Shown piece after piece: positions 53,173 through 64,000 of a DNA stretch of 64,000 nt (position 1 is its first letter; each line of letters opens with the position of its first letter). Position numbers and translations under genes: made by a program. The notes beneath the pieces were generated by a model that saw only the letters and a program-made list of their open reading frames with translations, made no database searches and had not been told where the DNA came from. Origin of the DNA: Octopus sinensis (Eukaryota); contig NC_043010.1 of the NCBI RefSeq assembly GCF_006345805.1, positions 21,886,001 through 21,950,000 of the forward strand, in the 5' to 3' direction.

Positions 53173-53456
53173 TATACATACATACATACATACATACATA
53201 TATGCATGCGTACATACATTCATACATACATACATGCATGCATACATACATTCATACATACATACATACATGCATGCATACATACAGACATACACATATA
53301 CATATATACATGCATGCATACATAAATACATGCATAAATACATACAGACATACATACATATATAATTCATATATATATACACATATACATATATATACCT
53401 AACAATATAAATAATATATAAATATAAGCATATATACATACATATATGTACATACC

Positions 53457-53502
<46 letters not shown>

Positions 53503-53874
53503 CATATATGGTACAGGACGTAAAGAAACGTAAAATAATGAAAAACAAGAGCATAAAAAACAAAAAAAAAAAAGAACTTTTTTTCGAACAAAAAAGAAAC
53601 AAATAGAGAAACGAGACAGGCAACATAAAGAAATTCCTTTCATCAGTTGTCCCCTGTTTTATCACCTCCGCGTTTCGAAGGTGGGGAGAGGACGCGACTT
53701 CGTTAAAACAGTCCTTCCCGTGAAGCAAATTAAATAGAATTTAGGATTTTTTGCAGAGGGTTAAAGTGGTAACAAAAACAGAACAGTGAGAACAAAACAG
53801 TAAAAACAAACGGTAAGGGCTGTTACCATGACGAGTTGAAGTGGTGAACGCTGATATATTGATACATACATATA

Positions 53875-53915
<41 letters not shown>

Positions 53916-54512
53916 CCGGCATTGTATCATCTGAGCATATTTTTCAAATATGTCATTAATTTAGAAAGATCCATTTTCTAATCAAGAAACTAAATAGTTC
54001 ATTTATATTTTCAAAACATTAGTTAGGCTGTCGTGCTTTCATGCATATATATATGTACATATATACAAGTTATGAACAAATACGAATGCGATTGTACGTA
54101 TGACCTCTGTGTTTCCACTTACATATGTATACATACTCATATTTGCGTAAGTATTCGAAGGTTCTGTATTATAAAATTTAGTTAATGGCTTATAACTGTA
54201 AATTCTTAATGAACCCCATCCTTCCTGCGTTTGTGTAGACTAGATTTTGATCATCGGTGCTGAAGTACTTTGTTGCATAACTAAGTAATTATTAATTATA
54301 GGTATACATCTACAGCTATAATCTCGATGGAGTATCGGAAGCTTCCTCATTAGTGCGCAAAGACGTTTCTTAATTAAGAGATGTACAGAGAGGTGAAGAT
54401 GCATAATCAAATACATTCATACACATGCACACATACATAGCTGCACACGTACGGACATACATATGTACATATAAATGTATATATACATATATATATATAA
54501 AGAATATATATA

Positions 54513-54652
54513 TATCTTTATTGCCCACAGGAGGATAAACACAGAGGAGACAAACAAGAACAGACAAAGGGATTAAGTCGATAACATCGACCCCAGTGCG
54601 TAACTAGTACTTATTTAATCGACCCCGAAAAGAGGAAAGGCCAATGCGACTT
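54513..54652 (-). mobile_element. SINE family B, 3' part
   Basis: TCTTTATTGCCCACAG...ACATCGACCCCAGTGCGTAACTAGTACTTATTTAATCGACCCCGAAA. Confidence 0.75.
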
Positions 54653-55557
54653 CATAGAAGAAACAGGTAAATTTATGTATATCTCTATAAAATCTAAGTC
54701 TCTCGATGTATTTCTCTTTTACCGTCCTCTTTCTATACTTATCAGTCTTCTTATATCACTGCCCGTTTAGTTTCGTTTTTCCAATAAAGAAATCTGTAAC
54801 CAAAAGGAGATTATTTAACTGGTCAAACATATGTGACGCCTCCATTATCACTGAATGAGAAACACCTCTTTACATTCTCAAAAACTTTTCATTCCCGAAG
54901 TACACATAAATTTTCTAAATAGTTTCCAGGTGTAGATACGCTAAAAACAGGATATGAATAGTAAAACGGAGACCCGACAAAAGGCATTATGTAAGAATTG
55001 CATAAGGTAGGAACTGTAGCCTTAGATTGAAGCCTGCAATGTGTATGGGAAAGGAATCTGTGCATGAATGAGCGCACAACTGCGGTTTCGGGAGAGTGTA
55101 TAAAGGCGTGAAAACATACATACATACATGCAAATATATATATATATATATATGCATGCATACATATATACATAATACATGTATATACATATGTATGTAT
55201 ATGTGTGTGTGTGTGTACATATACATATATGTATATACACAACACACAAACATTTATATTTATATTTATATATATTGATATATATTGATATATGTCGTCT
55301 TAATATGGGAGGAAAGACAATGAAATTTTTGAAATAAGACCAAGGAATTCGGTTCTGCAAAGTAACGAATTATTATTTGCGAATATATACAATTATATGA
55401 TATGATTTATTTATGCGATTCTCTGCCCCCACCCATACACACACACACACACTCACATATATATATGTATGTATTTATATATACACACATATATATATAT
55501 ATGTATATATACACACACATATATATATATATGTATATATGTATGTATGTATATATA

Positions 55558-55588
<31 letters not shown>

Positions 55589-55663
55589 GTCTGTGTGTGT
55601 GTATACATACATATTTACATACATCATACACATTCATATATATGTATATAACATATATTTACG

Positions 55664-55699
<36 letters not shown>

Positions 55700-55745
55700 C
55701 TTCTCACAAATAGATGGTTAGATGCACAGAAAGAAAGAAAGAAAA

Positions 55746-55840
<95 letters not shown>

Positions 55841-56338
55841 TATAGATAGATAGATAGATATATAGACAGATAGATAGATAGATAAATGCCAGTAAATATG
55901 AAATACAAATATGATATAAGCCGAGTAAAGTAATTTATCGTCGGGCCCTATAATAAGAATACACCAAAATACTTCCATTCAAATCTGGAATCAATGTATA
56001 AATAATGACGCCAGAATTTAGTGGGAAAAGATATATCTTTGAATAAAACGTACATTTATCCCCAACGTACCTTAAATAATTTTTTTCTCAGTAATGCCAC
56101 CTCTTATCATTCTAGTTACTATAAATTTTATTTATTCCTATCATCAGGCAATAATTCACCGGTATAATTAGATAACTGTTCTCGGTTGAACGTGAAGTAT
56201 ATGTTCCTTGTCTTGTCTTCGATTTTCCTCAGCAATTGATTTAATTCGGTTCACAGCATACAATATAGTACGATCTAGATCAATGAATAGGGATATTATT
56301 ATTGAGCAATCTGTCGGTGATTCTATCTATCTATCTAA

Positions 56339-56426
<88 letters not shown>

Positions 56427-56912
56427 TTATCTATCTACCTTTCGAACAAACTGTATGGCTGTTTGAATGTCCGCTTGTCTATATGTCTCTCTCTGCCTAT
56501 CCACCTCTCTATTTATCAATATCTATACATATGTGTGCCTGTGTATACATACAAACACACACAGATGTATACATATATATATGTATGTATATATACATAT
56601 ATATGTATATATATATATGTATGTATGTATATACATATATATATATATATATTATATACATATATATATACATATATATATATGTATATATATATCTATA
56701 TGTGTGAATGTATGTATATATATATATATATATAATATCATATATATATCTATATATATAATATATACATAATACATACATATATATATATATATATATA
56801 TGCGTGTGTGTCTGTACAGACTCATACATCTATAGATGCATAATAATAACACAGAGAGACAGAGAGATATATAGCTTTACACACATATAGACAATCAGAC
56901 AAACAGACAGAC

Positions 56913-56999
<87 letters not shown>

Positions 57000-57012
57000 A
57001 GATAGATAGATA

Positions 57013-57050
<38 letters not shown>

Positions 57051-57589
57051 CCACCCGTTTTTTTTTGTCTCGGCTCTCAACCACCAGCACCGTCACGAGA
57101 AACTGTGCAGCAGTTTTTTTGGTCTGTCATGGTTTCTGCCAACGCTCGTTTCACTACTAAAGTATCTTATTTAACAAGTTTTGAAAGGAGTGATTCAGTT
57201 TCCAGTGGAGGATTATCCGAAATATAAGCATATTATATCAATGTGCGTCTTTATTACAAGACTAAATATTCGTTCGAGGTGCAATGAATTTTATATTCTA
57301 CGTAGCTGCTCTTACACAATCCCCATTTCTCTCTCTCTCTCTCTCTCTCTCTTGTTCTCTTTGTATGTATTAGATTTACACAAGCCACACACGAACATAC
57401 AATCGCAGACAATCATCTCCGCTGGAATATGCTACATGTTAACATTTCAATACCTGAAATAAATCGCAGATATTGCGTGGAATGGCCGGAAGAATAATGA
57501 GAAGGAGGATATTGAAGTGTGAGAAAGATTGATAATGACAGCGTGTGTACGAAGACAGAAATACACACTTACACACGCACACACCACAC

Positions 57590-57638
<49 letters not shown>

Positions 57639-58235
57639 CTCTCTCTCTTTCTCTAATATAAATGTGTATGGATGTGATCTATGTGAATGTACAATATACT
57701 GGTATATTTGCGCGTGTGCTCGTGTATGCGCGCGTTTTGTGTGAGTGTGAGTGTGTGTGTGCGCACATGATTGTGTGTGTGTGTGTATAGGCAGATAGAT
57801 TGTTAGATATATAATATGCTTCGATGAAATAAACTACGGTATATATATATGAACACCTTACTTTGGTAATATCTAATAAATATACCCGCTTCTGCACAAC
57901 TTTCTAAACATACGTATTACATAATACATACACACACATACATACATATATGCGTTCATACATGTATACATACATACAAACATACATACATACATACATA
58001 CATACATACATACATACATACATACATACATACATACATACATACAAAAACACCCTGTTGATGTTATTGAAATTCAAATGAAGGAGCCTTGGATCTTGGT
58101 TAGAAACCGGCTCTTTCTCTATTGGCAAGAAGTCTTGAAATATAACTGAACAATAACATACATACATGCATACATAGATACATACTTACATACAAACATA
58201 TACATGCATATATGTACATACTTAGAAACGTATAC

Positions 58236-58309
<74 letters not shown>

Positions 58310-58311
<2 letters not shown>

Positions 58312-58600
58312 GGCACTGGTGTGGCTGTGGTAAGTAGCTTGCTTCCCAATACATAAGTTGACTCTTATACACATGTTTTGGAGAGTCGTGTGATCGTCAA
58401 TTCGGTTCCCGGCTGTGCGTTCTGCTCTGAAACTAAAACACTTTATTTCACGTTATCCAAGTCCGTTCAGCATACGATAATGAGCAATACCTGTATTTCA
58501 AATAACAAGCATCGTCACATCCTATGGTACGTTAAATCTCCCTGTATCTCAGCCACACGTTAATTTCACGACCTGTCCCGTCTGCTGATCGGATCTACTG
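58310..58600 (+). mobile_element. Composite SINE remnants (family A head plus family C-like body)
   Basis: GGCACTGGTGTGGCTGTGGTAAGTAGCTTGCTTCCCAA head, then AAAACACTTTATTTCACG and CAGCCACACGTTAATTTCACG resembling the reverse complement of 36708-36968. Confidence 0.5.
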
Positions 58601-58948
58601 GAAAAGAGAGCCTGTATATATCTATGTATGTATAGGCAAAACACCATTCATGAACACATAAACTCGAAGTTTTAAGGTTCCGTAGTTCTCATTTTGAATA
58701 GACATTTTGATTAGAATTAAAATTATTGCTGTTGCTATGTAGCTTCTGACTATGAGCAAGCTGACCCCCGATCAAACGCATTCCAGTGATAATCCTCAAG
58801 TTCTTTACAAGAACTTTAAAAATACATCACACAATATGTGTTATATTTCTCACAAGTCGAGCTACGGCTTTGCGGTTGCTTTGTTGGTTTGCGAATTGTC
58901 AAGATATTTTTTTCTGAAAGGTTTGATTGACACGTATTCATTTGAAAT

Positions 58949-59180
58949 AAGGCGGCGAGCTGGCAGAAAAGTTAGCACGACGGCGAAATGCTTAGCCGTA
59001 TTTCGTCTGCCGTTATGTTCTGAGTTCAAATTCCGCCGAGGTCCACTTTGCCTTTCATCATTTCGGGGTCGATAAATTAAGTACCAGTTACGTACTGGGG
59101 TCGATGTAATCGACTTAATCTGTTTGTCTGTCCTTGTGTGTCCCCTCTGTGTTTAGCCCCTTGTGGGCAGTAAAGAAATA
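58949..59180 (+). mobile_element. tRNA-derived SINE, family B, full length
   Basis: GGCGGCGAGCTGGCAGAA head, GAGTTCAAATTCC B-box-like motif, tail CTTGTGGGCAGTAAAGAAATA. Confidence 0.85.
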
Positions 59181-60954
59181 GGTATTCATTTGAAACGTAC
59201 ATCGCGAAGATTTTTACGATTTGTTGAAGAATCCCATATGATTCTTGTTCGTTTGAAGAATCGGACATTTTATTTCATTTTTTTATGACGTTCTAAGGTC
59301 TGATTTTTTAAGGCATGTTTAGGTATGCCCAATATGTGTTAGTATACTTGATGCGAAAAACATCAGAAATAATTTTGCTTCAGATATTTCGTATATGTTC
59401 CTGATGTTCCCCGTTCTCCTTTTTCTTTTTTCTTTCTTTTTTTTTTTTTGCTTTATCAGCAAAATATAGACTCTATACAATTCGTCAGTGTTTGCCGAAC
59501 GGCTAAAATAAATATAGAGCAATGTATTATTGGCAGAATGTCTATGATTCCGTCTCTTCAGATAAGAGATAACATTCCAGTTATTCAACGTCTATTGACG
59601 TAATGTCATACTGGTGACAGGTTCTTCTAATTTGATGTGGCCTGCACTGCTACGTTATTATACTCAATATATTTTGTTACATTTTTTTCTATATTATTAA
59701 TTTAAGTTATGGTCTTTCGTCTTCCTTTTTAATGTTTAAGGTTAGACTTTAACATTTTGGCAAACGAATTTTGTATTATTTGCTTAAGAATTAGAATCTA
59801 GCATCATATAGAATTATGAGAATATTGATAAAAAAAATAGAGAGGAAATCTCTTTCCTATTTTACCATTTTGTTATCACAGTTCGAAAATGACCATATAA
59901 TTGGCTAATTTTACTTTACATCAATGTAATTCATTCGTCTGCTTCTATTATGAGTTATTACTCGTAATCAAGTCGACTGGCATCAGAAAACCATCAGAAA
60001 TTTAGGAAATGTTATTCTTCTGCCCAAGGCTATAACCTCTTAGTAAAAACAATTTTGTAAAAGTCAGTATAGAAAATGTTTGGCACAAAAGTAGACTAAG
60101 CTAAATGGAATTAATAGGTGTCTGCTATAGATAAAAAATCGATAGAAAAATGAAATCATATTGAATTAATGTTGTTTACTCAAAACCTTTCTACAGCCAA
60201 GAGAAGAAGAAAAGAGAAACGAAAATTAATCAAATATATATTTTCCATGGAAAATTCATGTTCAAAAGTCACCAGTTGTCTCTTTGACTTTGACCATAGC
60301 GACAGGGTTTCCATCTACTAACTGAAATGGTCGTGTTTTATGTTACGGATGTAGGTCATGATATTGCATTTCCCACCAAGAGACTAAAGTGTTTTTAGCT
60401 CAGTGCACATAGCCATAATAAAGATACAGTTCATAACAGCAAAAGCGATAGAACTTTATAATTAAAGAGTATTTCAATCACATATAACTCTGATAAAGCT
60501 CTGGCAGGAGGATTGGGTAGAAGCCATGGCCCATGCAGGTCTTCCTAGTCAAGCCAATTTCATGTTATTAATGTTCTTCTCGAATCATTGCCAGGCAAGA
60601 GCAGTAATGGGTGCGACGAGCAATGTGATTTATGCAGGAGTTAGAGGTGGACACAACAAAAGTAAAGAACTGTGGGTCGAAAATGCCAGTGTTGAAATAA
60701 TATACACCAACCTAAAACTGAGTAGAGCGGACTATTACATAAATGGATCAGATCACGAATCTGAAATGGCGAATCCCGGCAACGCTTCACAAATTTTCGT
60801 TGTAACTTTATTCGATTTTATTTGTGGAATGCGAGTCAATGTGCAGAAGAGATGATAGATTGTTTGCCATGAGTATGTCTCATGTGTAAATCTAATGAGA
60901 CAGTGGTCGTGCGCCCGAGTTGGTACGGAGTTAGTTGAAGTTTAAAAGAAATAG

Positions 60955-61170
60955 CGAGGGTTACTGAGAAGTCCATGGCTTTAGTTAAAAGAAAATACAA
61001 GAGGATCAGTTAATGATGATTTTATTCAATTTACTCCCTTCTCAAAATTACCCACTTATTGCAGTGATCCTTCCGTTTTTCTAAGTCCTATAAACGAACG
61101 CGGAAGTTTGGACCTCTAACCAGGCCTTCAGCGACACCCTTAAAGCCAGGGTTTTTTCAGCATCCCTTCG
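60955..61170. mobile_element. Mariner-derived MITE (~215 bp)
   Basis: Imperfect TIRs CGAGGGTTACTGAGAAGTCCATGGCTTTA / TAAAGCCAGGGTTTTTTCAGCATCCCTTCG, right end followed by TA; homologous to 38763-39050. Confidence 0.7.
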
Positions 61171-61599
61171 TAATATCAAGAGTAAGAAACAGATAAATAA
61201 TGTAAGAGGAATCTGAGTGTTAATCTGGGATGATTGTGTGGGATGAGACAAGGTGATGAAGAGAGTTGAGAATCACAAAATGATTCATTTTTTTACATGC
61301 CAGTATCGATGTTGGACGGTGAGTAGAGAACAAAAAAGAGTTTTGTGTATTGATATCACCTTATGTGATCGAGGGATTAGATCTGGCTCGGTGGATCTAG
61401 ACTAAATTTGAACTCAGAATGCAAACAGCCACAAGTGTTAAAAATCAACTCACCTAATTCTTTAAATGTCACATTGCCACAATTCCAAAGCAAATTTTAC
61501 GTGAACGCTAATGCTTGATCTGTAAGAAGAAATTGGACACATCTTGGGTTGGTTTCTTTTGGCCAGTAAAAGAAATAATGATAATGATAATATTAATGG

Positions 61600-61927
61600 G
61601 ACTTATCCATAAAGACTGATCATACTACTGAGGCAAGAAGACCAGGAATGGTTACAGAACAAATAAGCATGTAGTACGAGATCATGGATTTTGCAATTCC
61701 CTAAGAAAGCAGAGACGATATGAAAGGAATGGAAAAAGATGAAGAAATGCCATGCTCTAGCCAGAGAGCTGAGGAAATTGTGGAAGACCAATTATTTCTG
61801 TATTGATAAATGTTCTTAGTACAACACCCAAAATCCTACCTAAAAGACACAAAGATCTTGGACTTGAAACACGCATTGTCAACCAGCAGAGAATTACGGT
61901 CCTAGTCTCTTTCAGAACCCTAAGAAA
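61600..61927 (+). mobile_element. R4/Dong C-terminal (RLE) fragment lacking 3' UTR and TAA tail
   Basis: [38 protein letters not shown] in shifting frames. Confidence 0.7.
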
Positions 61928-63921
61928 AAAGAACAGTACTATGCCAGAAGGATCCAAGTAAAGAGAATGCGGTTGGAAATTTCCGACCAATATCTTGTTT
62001 GCCCCTAATGTGGAAACTTGTGACGGGCATTATTTCAAACAGCATCTACAAGTGCCTAGATGAGAACGACCTACTACCATTGGAATAAAGATGGTGTAGA
62101 CGAACGAAGGATCAATTACTAATCGATAAGACTATCCTGGCTGACAGCAAGAAGAGACAAAAATTTGGTGATGGCATAGGTCGACTACAGGAAAGCATAT
62201 GACATAGTCCCACACTCGTGGATTATTAAATGCCTTAAACTGCTTAAGGTCTCCGATAATATCCTAAAGTTAATACAAAACTCAATGACAACGTGGCGAA
62301 ATGAAGTCGCATCATGCGGAGATAAGCTTGGAGAGACAAATATCAAAAGAGGAATCTTTCAAGGGGACAGTCTGTCGCCTCTCCTATTTGTTGTCTGCAT
62401 AATGCCACTAACGAACGTTTTAAGAAAGATGTGTGTGCGTGAAAGTAATCAGCCAGTAATTTATGGATGGCCTAAGACTATTCGCTAAGACTGAGAAAGA
62501 AATTAAGAGTTTGACGGCAACTGTGCAGACGATTAGCAAATATATTGGCATGAAATTTGGAATCGAGAAATATGGTCTAATTTTCGAAAGGGGAGAAATC
62601 AGTAAAACCATAGGATCAAGCTGCAAAGTGGTGAAGCTATACAGGGAGTCAGAGAGGCAGGACATAAGTACCGGGGTATCATTGAAAGAGATTAGATGAA
62701 TGAGCACAAGATGAAAGAAATGTACTGGAAAGAGTATGTGATGAGAACTCGGCTTGTGCTCCAATCGAAGCTAAGTGGCCGCTATAAGATTAGAGCAATT
62801 AACATGTGGGCGGTGGCTTTGATGAGATATGGGGCAGGAATAGTATCTTGGAAGAAGCATGAATTACAAGAGATAGACTGGAGAGCACGTAAATTAATTA
62901 GAATGAACAAGGAACTACATCCCAAGAGTGATGTATCAAGATTGTGTGTAAAGAGGAAAGAAGGAAGACGGCGACTGGTGTGTTGTGAAGGTCGTGTAAG
63001 GGAAGACGAGAATATCCTGGCTTGGTATGTCAAGGGGAGAAAATAAGAAATGATTGAAACAATGAAAAAGCTATAGATACATCACAATATAAAAAAAAAC
63101 AGATGAAGGAAATTTGGCAGGACAAGAAAATGCAGTGTAAGTTTTTGAAGAATAAAGATGACTGGAATAGAACTTGGCAATGGCTGCAGAAGGGGGACTT
63201 AAAAGGTCTCACTAAGGCATTAGTGTGCAGCGCTCAAGAACAAGCTCTCAGAACAAACTATTCCAAATATCACGTTGATAAAAGCCCTGACTCGCCAAAG
63301 CGTAGGATGTGCTCTGAGAAGGGAGAAAGTATAAGCCATATTGTTAATGAGTGCTGTAAGCTCCCACAACGTGAATACAAAAGGAGAAACGACAATATGG
63401 CCAGATATGTCCACTGGCTTTTGTGCCTAAAGCAAACCTCGAGTGAGGCGAACAATAGTATGAACACGAGCGAGCCAGAAGGAATAATGGAAAACGAGCA
63501 TAACAAAATACTCTGGGATTTTAGCATGTAGTGTGACCAAGTTGTAGAAGCGCCACGACCAGATATCGTGTTCAACCATAAAGATGAAAAAGAAGTAAGG
63601 ATAATAGATGTTGCAATACCAGGCGGTTCGAGGGTGGAATGTAAGGAAAGAGAAAAGAATGAGGGATACCAGCCACTGCTGGGCGAGATAGGAAAGTTAT
63701 GGGTCATGAGGATGACCAGTGGTGATACCGGTGGTGATTGGAGCACTAGGAGCAGTTTCAAAGGACTATGAAAAACATATTAAGAACATTGGAACTGCTG
63801 CCAGGCTCGAGTTATTCCAGAAGACAGCATTGTTGAGTACAGTTCGCATTCTAAGGAGAGTATTGCCTGCTTTAAAGTAAAGAATAACCGGTAATTAAGA
63901 ACTACCCGAGAGTCTTTCATA
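61928..63921 (+). mobile_element. R4/Dong element, 5'-truncated and degraded
   Basis: [56 protein letters not shown]...IIDVAIPG; ends in (TAA)n at 63922-64000. Confidence 0.93.
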
Positions 63922-63994
<73 letters not shown>

Positions 63995-64000
63995 GTAATA

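Noticed and set aside
53620-53690. Minus-strand GAAAC followed by CUGAUGA (possible type II/III hammerhead)
   Set aside because: No stem I can be formed and the site would be GUG, which is not NUH.
55070-55095. GAAACCGCAGUU half-motif on the minus strand
   Set aside because: Only a 3' half; no core is found upstream before the microsatellite.
60526-60855. 109-aa ORF
   Set aside because: No recognisable domain; GNASQIF resembles the decayed RTE-type GKA..F region; not supportable as a gene.

Overview
AT-rich animal genomic DNA, most likely a coleoid cephalopod (Octopus-like; inferred from the repeat landscape, not from a database search). The window is dominated by microsatellites and decayed transposons. 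It holds about 11 fragments of R4/Dong-clade non-LTR retrotransposons (RT plus CCHC knuckle plus restriction-like endonuclease), most sitting in (TAA)n arrays on their sense strand and stacked head-to-tail at 21.6-26.1 kb and 42.1-43.8 kb. Also present: at least three tRNA-derived SINE families, two tail-to-tail non-autonomous Helitrons forming an 810-bp palindrome, an 8-bp-TSD MITE nested in a LINE, mariner remnants, and Penelope-like element (PLE) remnants. The strongest unexpected signal is a set of minimal type I hammerhead-ribozyme folds with palindromic stem III and non-canonical cores: two with a compensatory U3-A8 pair (one only 35 nt long), one CUGAUGGA/AGAAA variant with a GUC site, one A6U variant seen in two copies, and one with an ~80-nt stem II insert plus an antisense hairpin that could sequester it. 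No intact protein-coding gene is evident. Two small minus-strand exon candidates (51 and 78 nt, both phase 0) and a diverged ~420-bp duplicated segment may be host-gene traces. Nearly all short ORFs in the track are microsatellite or antisense-TE artefacts. No rRNA, true tRNA or CRISPR array was seen. All alignments and folds were done by eye, and TE boundaries are approximate unless a TSD or terminus is quoted.
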